DNA of 64,000 nucleotides from a bacterium UBP1_UBA4783 (GTDB lineage Bacteria; Krumholzibacteriota; Krumholzibacteriia; Krumholzibacteriales; Krumholzibacteriaceae), in assembly GCA_002403075.1 (NCBI GenBank), contig DHHB01000007.1:2339-66338 (forward strand), given 5' to 3'. The position numbers were made by a program, and so were the translations under genes. Each line of letters opens with the position of its first letter. Positions within the stretch are counted from its first letter, which is position 1. Positions 29,724 to 39,572 of this stretch are shown in pieces. A model generated the notes under the pieces. It saw only the letters and a list, made by a program, of their open reading frames with translations, was not told where the DNA came from and ran no database searches.

Positions 29724-31247
29724 TTGGCCATCATCCTCGACGGAAAGAGCCTTACGCTCGAGAAGCTCGTCCAGATCGCCCGGCACGGCGAGAAGGTCGA
29801 AATCGCTCCCGAAGCGATCGACCGGATGAAGGCGTGCCGCGCCATGCTCGAGAAGAAGATCGTCGCCCACGAGATCATGTACGGCGTCAACACGGGGATC
29901 GGCGAGTTCTCCGAGGTCGTCCTGAACGACGATCAGATCAAGGACTTCCAGCGCTACCTCATCTACAACCACGCCGCCGGCATCGGCGACCCGGCCCCGA
30001 TCGAGTACGTCCGTGCGGCGATGGCCTCGCGCATCAACGTTCTCTCGAAGGGGAACTCCGGAAACCGCCCCGTCATCGCCCTTACCCTCGCCGAGATGCT
30101 CAACAAGGGCGTCACGCCGTTCGTGTGCCAGAAGGGCTCGGTCGGCGCCTCGGGCGATCTCGCCCCGATGTCCCAGATCGCGCTGCTCCTCCTCGGCGAG
30201 GGGCAGGCGTACTACGAGGGAAAGCTCCTTCCCGGCGACGCCGCGATGAAGCGCGCCGGGATAGCGGTTCCGGGGCTCGAGGCGCGCGACGGACTCGCCG
30301 CGATCAACGGATCCAACCTGCTGACGTCGATGAGCGCGCTCATGCTGTACGACACGAACCGCTGGCTCAAGCAGGCCGAGATCGCGGCCGCGATGACCCT
30401 CGAGGCGCTCATCGCGAACATGAAGCCGTACACGCCGCTCCTCCACGAGGTGCGGGGGTTCGCCGGCGCGGTCCGCTCCGCGAACGCGATCCTCACATGC
30501 GTCGCCGAGGGGGACGTCGTCATGGGAAAGGTGAAGACGAAGGTACAGGACGCCTACTCGATGCGCTCGACGCCGCAGGTCATCGGCGCGGCGCACGACG
30601 CCGTCCGCTGGGCGCGTTCGCAAGTCGAGATCGAGCTCAACGGCGTCGGCGACAACCCCATATTCTTCGCCGACCGCAACCTCACCATCTCCGGCGCCAA
30701 CTTCCAGGGCTCGCCAGTGTCGCTCCCGATGGACATGATCGGCGCGGCCGTCACGATGGTGAGCGTGCTATCGGAACGGCGCATGAACCGGCTCAACCAT
30801 CCGGCGCTCAACGTCGGGCTGCCCGCCTTCCTCACCAAGGGCGCCGGCATGTTCTCCGGCATGATGCTCAGCCAGTACACAGCCGACATGCAGATCGTCG
30901 AGCAGCGGATCCTCTCGATGCCGGCGTCGATCCAGTCGATCCCGGCCGCGGCCGATCAGGAGGACTTCGTTTCGATGGGCATGAACACGGCCATCAAGAA
31001 CTTCCAGATCCTCGACAACGCCTACGGCGTGCTCGGCATCGAGTTCATGGCCGCCGCGCAGGCCCTCGACTTCCGGGAATTCAAGCTCGGACGCGGAACG
31101 GCGAAAGCGAAGGAAACGATCCGGCGCCACGTCGAGTTCCTCGACGTCGACCGGCCCCTCTATCCGGATCACACGCGCATGCAAGAGCTCGTGCGCTCGT
31201 GCGAAATCCTCGAAGCGGTGGAGAAGGAGATCGGCGCCATCGGCTGA
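29724..31247 (+). CDS. hutH: Histidine ammonia-lyase (MIO-dependent).
   Basis: A TTG start with RBS CAGGGAGG five nt upstream. The GSVGASGDLAPMS motif (the MIO-forming Ala-Ser-Gly) is present. The conserved Tyr and Asn regions are present. It is 507 aa long. Confidence 0.9.
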   Translation: MAIILDGKSLTLEKLVQIARHGEKVEIAPEAIDRMKACRAMLEKKIVAHEIMYGVNTGIGEFSEVVLNDDQIKDFQRYLIYNHAAGIGDPAPIEYVRAAMASRINVLSKGNSGNRPVIALTLAEMLNKGVTPFVCQKGSVGASGDLAPMSQIALLLLGEGQAYYEGKLLPGDAAMKRAGIAVPGLEARDGLAAINGSNLLTSMSALMLYDTNRWLKQAEIAAAMTLEALIANMKPYTPLLHEVRGFAGAVRSANAILTCVAEGDVVMGKVKTKVQDAYSMRSTPQVIGAAHDAVRWARSQVEIELNGVGDNPIFFADRNLTISGANFQGSPVSLPMDMIGAAVTMVSVLSERRMNRLNHPALNVGLPAFLTKGAGMFSGMMLSQYTADMQIVEQRILSMPASIQSIPAAADQEDFVSMGMNTAIKNFQILDNAYGVLGIEFMAAAQALDFREFKLGRGTAKAKETIRRHVEFLDVDRPLYPDHTRMQELVRSCEILEAVEKEIGAIG

Positions 31248-31261
31248 GCCCGGCCCCCGGG

Positions 31262-33403
31262 TCACCGCAGCCGGACGACCTTCATGTTTCCCCGCAGCCC
31301 GGGGCCCTCGATCGCGCAGAAATAGACGCCGCTCGCGACCGGTTCTCCCGCGGCGCTCGTCCCGTCCCAGAAGAGCTGCTGCGTGCCGGATTCGGCGTCC
31401 TCCCGCGAAATCTCCCTGACGAGCCGCCCGGCGGCGTCGAAGATCGCGAGCCGCACGCGCCCCCTCGCGACGGCGTTGTATTCGAAGCACGTGCGCTCGA
31501 GGAACGGGTTCGGGAAGCACCGCAGGGACACGGGCGGCAGAGGCGCCTCGACGGCGTACGCGCACGCGAGATTGTCGACGTATATGTTCCTCGCGGAGAT
31601 CGGCCCCGGGTTGTACTGCAGGACCCCGAAGTAACACCTGGACAACGGCTTGAGATCCGCGACGGCGACGTCGACGAGAGTCGTCCCGTCCTTATCGAGC
31701 CTCACGGCCGCGGCGGTCTTTCCCTCCTTGGCGACGGTGACGGTATAGACGGCGTTCGATTCGAGCATGCTCCGGTCGAACAGCGTCCTGATGGAATCGC
31801 CGGTGTCGCGATAGCAAAGACCCGTCGTCGTATCGAGCAGGATCCGCCAGTCCGCGCCCTGATCGTTGAAAAGCCCCGTGTACGCGCCGGCGAAGCGCGC
31901 GTCCGCGAATTTCGCGTCCCATCGGAAGATCCACGCGCCGCCGCCGAAATCCCTCGTGGTATAGATCGCCTTGTCCCAGCCGGTGGAGGCCCTCTCGGGC
32001 GCCTGCGTGGCGAGCCACGAGTGGCCGTCCGTGCGCGCGTCGTAGTTGAGCGCGAGCGCCCAGAGCGACGCGCCGATCTCGTACGCCCCTTTCCACTGGT
32101 GAAAGGCGTTTTTCTGAATGTCGCCGTCCCGCGAAATCGCGCGGTACGCGAAGAACGCGCCGTAGCGCTCCGCGTTATGAACGAACATGTCCACGCCGGC
32201 GAAATTGTCGTCGGTGAGAAACGCGAACGCGTCCTCCTTGTACGCCCTGAACCCGTACTCTCCGCAGCGCTCGAGATACGCGGCTACGATCAGGAACCAC
32301 ATCTGATGGCATTCGAAGTACGATTCGAGATCGTCCGCCGACCACATGATGCCGCCGAGCCGTTTCGGCGAGGCGTCCCAGCGGTTCGCGACGACCCAGC
32401 CGAGGTTCTCTTTGACGCTCTCGACCGTTTCCGCGTCGTCGAGAACGCCGTTCGCCAGCATGAGCGCGATATCGATCTTGAGCTGCTTCTGCACGTGAAA
32501 GTATTTATCGCCGATGACGAAGCTCCCCGAGCGTCCCTGAGTCGCGATCAGCCGCGAAGAGAGCTCCGCGACGAGAACCCGGCACCTTTGCCGGTCGAAG
32601 TAATCCCCGATAACGGTTTGAGCGTGATACGCGTTCGCGAATCCGCGCAGCACGATCGCCATCGATTCTCCCGGGGCGGACGCGGAGGGATAATTGTCGA
32701 CGATATAGTGAAACACGCGATCCATGTCCGCGATCACGGCCGTAAGAGCCTCGATGTCGCCTCGTCCGGCCAGATAGCGCACGCCGAGCGAGAGCGCCGA
32801 CAGGACCAATCCGTACTCGTGCGCATAATCGGCGATCGAGAGGCCGTCGATCGCGCCGTCGCTCGAGATGAACCGGCGCATGTACTCGAACTCCGCCTTC
32901 AGCGGGCCGTCCATCGCCGCGGTCTCCATGATGAGCGACGCCATGAGCGCGCCTTCCTGCAGCTCGACGGAGAAGCGCCAATCGTGCCCCCCGAGCCCGT
33001 CCCACCCCTCGACTCGGGACCACAGCAGCGTTCCCGCCCAGCATCCGAGGCGGTCGTCCCAGAAACCCAGAGCCCAGCACGGCTTCACGATCTGATTCAC
33101 CTGTTCGTAGAAGTAGTCGTGGGGCGCGGAGGCGCAGTATGACGTCCGGCCGTGAACGAGAAAGCCGGGGCTCAGCCTGTCGACGCGGTAGAAGGCGGCG
33201 TAGCGGTCCGCGGCGCCGGCGTCCCAGTCGTTGCGGAAGTCCAGAAATCCGGATTCGAACCCTTCGCTATAATCCGCGCGCGGTTCGGCGGCGCTCGCGC
33301 CGAGAGAAACGGCGCAGAGAAGCGTCGCCGCGAGAAGGCATGAGACGGCGGCTGCGGCGCCCGGCCGCGCGGCATGCGACATACCCTCGTTCATTCCCCT
33401 CAT
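31262..33403 (-). CDS. Secreted (alpha/alpha)-barrel-like putative glycosidase/hydrolase with a T9SS/FlgD-Ig-type C-terminal sorting domain.
   Basis: An N-terminal signal peptide. A large Trp/Tyr-rich domain with no assignable family. The C-terminus FPNPFLERTC...VRLAIFDAAGRLVREI...SGVYFCAIEG...MKVVRLR matches Por_Secre_tail/FlgD_ig-like sorting domains. Confidence 0.6.
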   Translation of the reverse strand: MRGMNEGMSHAARPGAAAAVSCLLAATLLCAVSLGASAAEPRADYSEGFESGFLDFRNDWDAGAADRYAAFYRVDRLSPGFLVHGRTSYCASAPHDYFYEQVNQIVKPCWALGFWDDRLGCWAGTLLWSRVEGWDGLGGHDWRFSVELQEGALMASLIMETAAMDGPLKAEFEYMRRFISSDGAIDGLSIADYAHEYGLVLSALSLGVRYLAGRGDIEALTAVIADMDRVFHYIVDNYPSASAPGESMAIVLRGFANAYHAQTVIGDYFDRQRCRVLVAELSSRLIATQGRSGSFVIGDKYFHVQKQLKIDIALMLANGVLDDAETVESVKENLGWVVANRWDASPKRLGGIMWSADDLESYFECHQMWFLIVAAYLERCGEYGFRAYKEDAFAFLTDDNFAGVDMFVHNAERYGAFFAYRAISRDGDIQKNAFHQWKGAYEIGASLWALALNYDARTDGHSWLATQAPERASTGWDKAIYTTRDFGGGAWIFRWDAKFADARFAGAYTGLFNDQGADWRILLDTTTGLCYRDTGDSIRTLFDRSMLESNAVYTVTVAKEGKTAAAVRLDKDGTTLVDVAVADLKPLSRCYFGVLQYNPGPISARNIYVDNLACAYAVEAPLPPVSLRCFPNPFLERTCFEYNAVARGRVRLAIFDAAGRLVREISREDAESGTQQLFWDGTSAAGEPVASGVYFCAIEGPGLRGNMKVVRLR

Positions 33404-33732
33404 GTGCCCCCCCGCATGAAGGCGGATGCGATTCCAAAACCCGGTATTGAAGCGGAACGCGATCGCGGCGAACGAGCCGTCACATACAGCGTATCAGAAA
33501 TGAGACGGGGATTCAAGCGGCGCGCATTCAGCGCGCATCCCGCGCGTTCCGGGCTCGCCCGCCGCGGGCGAGCCCGCGGGTGGGAGAGCCGAGAAAGCCT
33601 CTCTTACAACGGAGACGAAAATTCATTATATTTAGATGGAAAATGAACGTGCCGGTTCATCAGCGTGTCGCGCCGCCGCGCCGCCGGTCGGCGACGCAAA
33701 GGGGCGGCACGGAGCAGCCGGAGGAGGTCGTC

Positions 33733-36183
33733 GTGAAACCAATTCGCCCGATCGCTGCCGCGTGCGTGTTTCTCGCGGTGTGCGCCGGCGCCGTCTCGGC
33801 CGGCGAATCGAAGCTCAACCCCGCGCTCCGCTTCCTCAGACACGAGCGCGAGTCCGGCCGCGCGGCGAAGGGATCGCGCCCCGAGCTCGCCGCGGCGCGC
33901 TCGGAGCGCGTCGAGGTGACGGTGAAGTTCGATCGCGTCCTCACGGAGGCCGAGTTGGCGGCGCTCGAGGCGCGGGGCGTTTCCTTCCGCCGCGTCGGCG
34001 GAGAGGTTTCGCGCACCGGCGTTGTCTATCCGGCGAGCGTTCGCTGGGACGCCCTCGAAGGGATATCGGCGGAGAACGCCGTGATCCGGATGGAGGCCGC
34101 GTGGCGTCCCTGCGTCTTTCCCCTCCTCGACGTGAGCGCGCACGAAACCGAGGCCGATTCGGTGTGGAGCTACGCGGATCCGCTCGGCGCTCCCCTCACG
34201 GGCACCGGGCTCCGCATCGCCGACTTCGACACCGGCATCGACGTCTTCCATCCCTCCTTCTTCTTCGCCGACGGCGACACGCTCGACTGGATCGACGTCG
34301 ACGGCTACGGCACGTTCAACCCCGGCTACGACAGAGTCGACCTCAACGGCAACGGCCTCGCCGATCCGAACGAGCTCCTCTCCTACTGGGACGGCTGGAT
34401 CTACGACCCCGCGCACGTATGGGGAGGCGGAACGAACAACAACGTCGGAAACGGCTTCCAAACCTATTGGGACTGGCTCTACAACGACGCGAACGGCAAC
34501 TCGCAGCGCGACTACGGCGCGGCCGCCGGCTTCACCGAGAGCTCGCCGACGTATGGAGAGCGTCTCTTCGTCGCTCTCGACGACAACGGGAACGGGACGC
34601 TCGACGCGGGCGAGAAGCTCGTCGCGCTCGGCACGTCCAAGATATACGCCACGCTCAACGCGGGCGCGACGGAGCGCGTGCGCGGCGTGGATCTCATCTC
34701 GTCGAATCCGGACGACTACGGGCACGGCACGCCCGTTTCGGGCATCCTCGCCGGCGGCACCGCGGGGCTGCATCGATTCGCGGGCCTCGCGCCGGATGCG
34801 GAGATACTCATGGGATACTATTTCGCCGGCAACTCGATCGCCGCGTGCATCCCGTGGGCGCGCTCGCGCGGAGCGGACGTCATGCTGTACGAGTTCGGCG
34901 GCTTCGTGTGGGACTACCTCGACGGCTCGACGCTCGAGGAGGAGCTCATCACGATCGAAAACGAGACGATCATCCAGATCACGCCGTCCGGCAACCTGGC
35001 CCGGGGCCGCAAGCACGCGATCGCGACGGTGGCGGGCGCCGATTCGCTCGCGCTCGGCGTCACCGTGCCGATACCGGGCAGCGCCATCCTCACGATGTGG
35101 CCGACGGTCCTCTGGCGGACGAGCACGGCCGACCTCGCCTTCCGCATCAAGACGCCGAAGGGTGGCACCGTGACGCTGAACGACGGCGCCTCGCTGATCG
35201 ACGGATACTACGTCTACTCCGAGAAATCGACGAGCCCGCGCGGCACGTGCGCTCTCTTCGTCTACGTGGACCGCAACTCCAACCCCGCGCTCACCGGAAC
35301 GTGGGAGCTCAAGGCCGTGAACAAAACGGGCGGCCCGATCGAGATCGTCGCCAACGTGGCGGACGACGTGACGTCATGGGCGGGCGGAGCGGAGTTTCTT
35401 AATCACTACACGAACGACCGCAACGTCACGTGGCCCGCGACGGCGGACGGAGCGTTCGTGAACGGCTCTTACTCGACCCGGGGGTTCGAGGGGTACGGCG
35501 GCGCCGGCGGCGGATCGATCCCCGTTGGAGAGATCAGCGCGTTCAGCGGCCGCGGGGCGCGCATCGACGGGCGCCACCTTCTCGACATCGCCTCGCCGGG
35601 AAACTACGACGTCTATTCGACGCGCACCTCTCAGGACGGAGCGGGTTATCCGCTCGGGAGCTACCGGCAGTTCAGCGGCACGAGCGCCGCGGGCCCGCAC
35701 GTCGCGGCGGCGGCCGCGCTCGTCCAACAGGCGTTTCCGCAGGCGACGATGGAGGACGTGGCGTTCCTGCTGTCGTCCCACGCCGCGACGGACGCCTTCA
35801 CCGGAGCGGTCTACAACGACACGTGGGGCTGGGGGAAGCTCCGCATCCTCGGAGCGATCGGCGTCGCGACGGACGTCGAGGATATGGCCGCCGGAGCGAC
35901 TCCGCCGCGGCTGCTGCTCGGCCAGAACTACCCGAATCCGTTCAACCCGTCGACGTGGATCCCGTTCCATCTCCCCGCCGACGGGCTCGTGAGCGTCAGA
36001 ATCTACAACGTCCGCGGAGAGCTCGTGAAGACGGTCGCCGAGAGGCGTATGGCGAGGGGCGCCCACAGCGTTCGATGGAACGGGGAGGACGCGAAGGGGA
36101 GGGCCGTCGCCTCCGGGGTCTATTTCTGCGCGCTCGCGTTCGGCGGCAGGACGGAAACGCGCACGCTCGTGCTTGTGCGATAG
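33733..36183 (+). CDS. Secreted subtilisin-like serine peptidase (S8) with a T9SS-type C-terminal domain.
   Basis: A GTG start with GGAGGAGG five nt upstream, then a signal peptide. The catalytic triad contexts are IADFDTGID (Asp), DYGHGTPVSG (His) and GTSAAGPHVAAAAAL (Ser). The C-terminal sorting domain is NYPNPFNPSTWIPF...VRIYNVRGELV...SGVYFCAL...LVLVR. Confidence 0.85.
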   Translation: MKPIRPIAAACVFLAVCAGAVSAGESKLNPALRFLRHERESGRAAKGSRPELAAARSERVEVTVKFDRVLTEAELAALEARGVSFRRVGGEVSRTGVVYPASVRWDALEGISAENAVIRMEAAWRPCVFPLLDVSAHETEADSVWSYADPLGAPLTGTGLRIADFDTGIDVFHPSFFFADGDTLDWIDVDGYGTFNPGYDRVDLNGNGLADPNELLSYWDGWIYDPAHVWGGGTNNNVGNGFQTYWDWLYNDANGNSQRDYGAAAGFTESSPTYGERLFVALDDNGNGTLDAGEKLVALGTSKIYATLNAGATERVRGVDLISSNPDDYGHGTPVSGILAGGTAGLHRFAGLAPDAEILMGYYFAGNSIAACIPWARSRGADVMLYEFGGFVWDYLDGSTLEEELITIENETIIQITPSGNLARGRKHAIATVAGADSLALGVTVPIPGSAILTMWPTVLWRTSTADLAFRIKTPKGGTVTLNDGASLIDGYYVYSEKSTSPRGTCALFVYVDRNSNPALTGTWELKAVNKTGGPIEIVANVADDVTSWAGGAEFLNHYTNDRNVTWPATADGAFVNGSYSTRGFEGYGGAGGGSIPVGEISAFSGRGARIDGRHLLDIASPGNYDVYSTRTSQDGAGYPLGSYRQFSGTSAAGPHVAAAAALVQQAFPQATMEDVAFLLSSHAATDAFTGAVYNDTWGWGKLRILGAIGVATDVEDMAAGATPPRLLLGQNYPNPFNPSTWIPFHLPADGLVSVRIYNVRGELVKTVAERRMARGAHSVRWNGEDAKGRAVASGVYFCALAFGGRTETRTLVLVR

Positions 36184-36187
36184 GCGC

Positions 36188-38083
36188 TCATCGGAAGAGC
36201 CCGATACGCTTGATTTCGTCGATAGCCGCGCAGGCACGCTCCGTATCTCCACAACCGTACGCCGAATCGAGCTCGGCGAGCGCCCGGAGAAGCTTCCATG
36301 CCGTATGGCTGTTCTTGGTCCTTGCAGTATCCCTGACCGCCGACTTCTTGATCCTCAAGAGATCTCCCATATAACGAGTGTACTTCGCTTCGCGGCTCTC
36401 CCGCAGAACCTCCTCCGCTTGGCGCATGAGCGAGCTTCGAAAATCCTGATACTGCAATTCGCACACGACATCCATCGCATAGCGGCGATAGCTTTCCGAT
36501 CCGGTTTCCATCGCCCGTTTCAATCCCGCCGGAACCGCGAAGGGCCGCCAGGCACCCATCGCCGCCATGAGCCTGCGGCGCTCCGCGATCGCACGCGGCA
36601 CGACCTCGTCCGTATAGTACGCCGTAAGTTTTTCGAGATTGGAATCGATCAGGACGGCCCGCTCGTCATGGACAGCCGTGACGCGCACCGGTTGCGCGTT
36701 TCCCGCGAGGTACATCTCCCAACGGTCGAAGAAACCGTTACCATTCGTGTCGAAGATCCTCACCTCGCCGATGTGATCCATGCCTGAGAAATGACCGATT
36801 TCAATCCAGCCTTCTTCGGCCCCGAAAAGGTGAATCCGCCGATCGACGCCGCTGTAGTAGAGCTCACGCTTGTCGGATGGTTTGCTTCGCCACTCGCGCC
36901 GCATGTTCCATTTCTGGCAAGGTCCGCCCGTGTTGGCCATGAATCGGCGCTCCCACATCCAGAAAACACCCTCCCATCGATAATCGTATGGATCGGTCGG
37001 ATCGGCGCCGTTCGCAACGGTATCGTCCGCGTTCTCGTTCCAGGAGAAGCCTGTTTCGGCTGCCTTGTACGAGTCGGCTGTCGCGCGAACATTCTTCCAT
37101 GGGATGACGGTGGTTTCCTGAGGCGGGCGTCTCTTCGGATTGATCCGAGCCGCGCCGAACAACCGGTAGGGCATCGATCCGACGAGATTGAGCGCGAAAT
37201 CGTAGTGGAGCGGCGTTTCCCGGGAGCTCCCCCGGTCGATGTCGAAGCTGTACCTGATGTTGACGACGGCCGAGTTCTCCATAGAGGGTTCCCACGGGCG
37301 CCCGTACGAACTGTTCGCATAATCCGGATCGCTGTCCGCGCTGAATCCCTCCGGCGCGGCGCTCACGCGCACCGCAACCTCGCTGAAATCATCCCCGTCC
37401 GTGTCGTAAAAGGCGAAGGGACACTCCGAGATAGGCGACCACACACCCTTCACGGGGTTGAATTTATTCATGTAAAAGATGTTGTCACCGTATGGGTCCG
37501 CGCGGAATTCGTCGCCGCGCTCGTAATTGAAGACGTTCCGCGTAATGTTGTCGTCGTCGATGTCTTCGCCGAACCACGCCCAGTTGAGGCGGCCGTCCGT
37601 GAAATAGCGGATATCCAGCTCGTCCATGTCCCCGTCGCCGTCGTTGTCGATGTAATCCACCATTCGATCGACCGTACCATCGCATCCGTAATCCACGACG
37701 TAGCAGTCCGAGTGCCGATCGCCGCCCGTACGAGCGCTCCCGTCCCCATCGTCGTCGATGATCCAGACAAACGCTTCGGCCGGGAGAGCGCTCGTCCCCC
37801 GAAGCGTCTCGCGTCGAACGAGCATGCGATCCCGCGCATCGCCCGACGCAGGCACGATGAATCCCTCGCCGGCGCGGAGCGTGCGGGCTTGCTCCCACCA
37901 CGGCTGCGAGGAGAGCGGGCGGATCGAGCCGTCGCGTCGAAGCTCCGTTTGAAGCATCCACCACGGGAGACCCGGCGCGGCGCGGCCGATTTTCTCCGGG
38001 ACCGCTTGCGACACCGCGGCGACAGCAACCGCGAACATCGAGACCGCGGTGAGACCGCATGCCGCTGAAAGCGCCGTACGCAT
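36188..38083 (-). CDS. Secreted hypothetical protein with Asp-rich DxDxDG-type (calcium-binding-like) motifs.
   Basis: Signal peptide MRTALSAACGLTAVSMFAVAVAAVSQA. The sequence DDDGDGS...DYGCDGTVD...DNDGDGDMDELD resembles EF-hand/dockerin-type Ca sites. The remainder is Trp-rich with no assignable domain. Confidence 0.5.
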   Translation of the reverse strand: MRTALSAACGLTAVSMFAVAVAAVSQAVPEKIGRAAPGLPWWMLQTELRRDGSIRPLSSQPWWEQARTLRAGEGFIVPASGDARDRMLVRRETLRGTSALPAEAFVWIIDDDGDGSARTGGDRHSDCYVVDYGCDGTVDRMVDYIDNDGDGDMDELDIRYFTDGRLNWAWFGEDIDDDNITRNVFNYERGDEFRADPYGDNIFYMNKFNPVKGVWSPISECPFAFYDTDGDDFSEVAVRVSAAPEGFSADSDPDYANSSYGRPWEPSMENSAVVNIRYSFDIDRGSSRETPLHYDFALNLVGSMPYRLFGAARINPKRRPPQETTVIPWKNVRATADSYKAAETGFSWNENADDTVANGADPTDPYDYRWEGVFWMWERRFMANTGGPCQKWNMRREWRSKPSDKRELYYSGVDRRIHLFGAEEGWIEIGHFSGMDHIGEVRIFDTNGNGFFDRWEMYLAGNAQPVRVTAVHDERAVLIDSNLEKLTAYYTDEVVPRAIAERRRLMAAMGAWRPFAVPAGLKRAMETGSESYRRYAMDVVCELQYQDFRSSLMRQAEEVLRESREAKYTRYMGDLLRIKKSAVRDTARTKNSHTAWKLLRALAELDSAYGCGDTERACAAIDEIKRIGLFR

Positions 38084-38131
38084 ATGATAGATGCCCCCTT
38101 CCGGATCGAGCGACAGCGCCGCTCCGACCGC

Positions 38132-39439
38132 TCACCGATACACATCCAGATCGTTGCCTTCGATCCTCATGATCCCGAGCATCGGCGTCTTGCTTGCGCC
38201 GGAGGGGCTCTCCGCGGCGCGCATATCGACGAAAAGCACCGGCATCCCGCCTCTCCAGTTTCCTCTCGCCGTATTTCGCAAGATCGCGTTCCCCGTCGAT
38301 ACCTTCTCGGGAACGAGCTCCTTCATGCAATTCAGCCGAGGTGAATCGCATTGCCACATGGAAACGATGGCGTTCCAGCCCACGAGCTCAAAGCGGTTGC
38401 CGGCGATAACATTGCCGTTCGAATCGTCTCTGATCCGTATCGCATCGCCTTTTACCCGCTCGAACGAACAGGCCTCTATGGCGTTGGAATCGCTGTAATG
38501 AGCCAGATAGATGCAAACGATAGGAATGTTCGGATTGCTCCCGGAGCCGATGGCGCTCAGTTTCCTCTCCTCCTTCTCGATGCGCGGCACAGGATGATGC
38601 GCGGCACCGCGCGGAGCTTGGGGAAAATTCGCCAGCGTATGGTTCCTTATATCGAGAAAGGAGCAATTGACGATGCGGTTATTCCTCGAATTTACCAGTC
38701 CGACCGCGGAATATACTATGGGCTGCATCGGCAACCGCGCGTTTCCGATGCCCTCGAACACGCAGTCCTCAATCGCGTTCCCGCCGTTCCAATTATCGCG
38801 GATTTCCCGATCCCCCAAAAAAAGCACGGCCCTGCTGACGTAATTTCTCACCGTGAGGCGCCGCAAAACGATGTTCGTGGGCTCCCCCCGCATGGCGCTG
38901 AGAGCGAAAAACGGACCGACCGGGGGATCGTTTCCGGCGACGAAACACGCATTGACCCGGGGAGGATCGGATTCGATCGTTATCGAGCGCCCGGGACGAT
39001 AATACGTCCAGAGCACACTCTGGTTCAGATAGACGCCGGCATCGCTTCTCACCTTGACGATGATATCAGCATCCAGCGCCCGCTGTTTGAGCAGTTGCTG
39101 AATGCGGACAAGGGTCGCCGCCGGCCTATCCCGCGATCCCGGATTATTGTCGTCGCCCAGCGGCGAGAGATATATATAGACGGTATCCGCATCGCCGAAG
39201 GCCGCCGCTCGGCGGCCCCGGAAAGCGCCGGTTTGCGGCGCCTTTCCCCGGCCGAGAATCGAATCGCCCGTCGCGATGTGCGATGACTGGAACTCCGTCC
39301 GCTCATCCCGATCGAGACAGCCGACGAGCGAAATCCCCGCGACGAGACCCAGCAACAACGTCCATGCGCCCGCGCCGCGGCGCATGCCGCGCATCGCGCG
39401 GAGCGATGCAGGCGATTCAAGGATGACCGGTCGCTTCAT
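38132..39439 (-). CDS. Right-handed parallel beta-helix lipoprotein (pectate-lyase-fold; putative polysaccharide-active enzyme). Paralog of 44775..45911.
   Basis: A lipobox (LVGCLD). Repeated NxxxxNC/NNR(I/V)xxC beta-helix rungs (NAIEDCVFEGIGN, NSRNNRIVNCSFLD, NAIEACSFERVKGD). It shares VY(I/C)..SP.GDD.NPG...P..., VKIRSD.G.Y.NQ.V.W.Y and VNSRNN with the second copy. The start could be 39439 or 39394. Confidence 0.6.
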   Translation of the reverse strand: MKRPVILESPASLRAMRGMRRGAGAWTLLLGLVAGISLVGCLDRDERTEFQSSHIATGDSILGRGKAPQTGAFRGRRAAAFGDADTVYIYLSPLGDDNNPGSRDRPAATLVRIQQLLKQRALDADIIVKVRSDAGVYLNQSVLWTYYRPGRSITIESDPPRVNACFVAGNDPPVGPFFALSAMRGEPTNIVLRRLTVRNYVSRAVLFLGDREIRDNWNGGNAIEDCVFEGIGNARLPMQPIVYSAVGLVNSRNNRIVNCSFLDIRNHTLANFPQAPRGAAHHPVPRIEKEERKLSAIGSGSNPNIPIVCIYLAHYSDSNAIEACSFERVKGDAIRIRDDSNGNVIAGNRFELVGWNAIVSMWQCDSPRLNCMKELVPEKVSTGNAILRNTARGNWRGGMPVLFVDMRAAESPSGASKTPMLGIMRIEGNDLDVYR

Positions 39440-39531
39440 GACGCATAGTATAGGCGAGAATAGCGCAACGTGCAACTCGCGAGGATGGGAATCGAGGATG
39501 AGAATCGACGCGGCGAACGCAGGCGCATTAT

Positions 39532-39539
39532 TGTATAAT
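39532..39539 (+). promoter_or_regulatory. Candidate extended -10 promoter (TGTATAAT) for the C25 peptidase gene.
   Basis: TGTATAAT lies 34 nt upstream of ATG 39573 and is immediately followed by TTGACA. The region is AT-rich relative to its flanks. Confidence 0.35.
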
Positions 39540-39572
39540 TGACAATGACGCCGATGTCGGGCAGGGGGTAAT

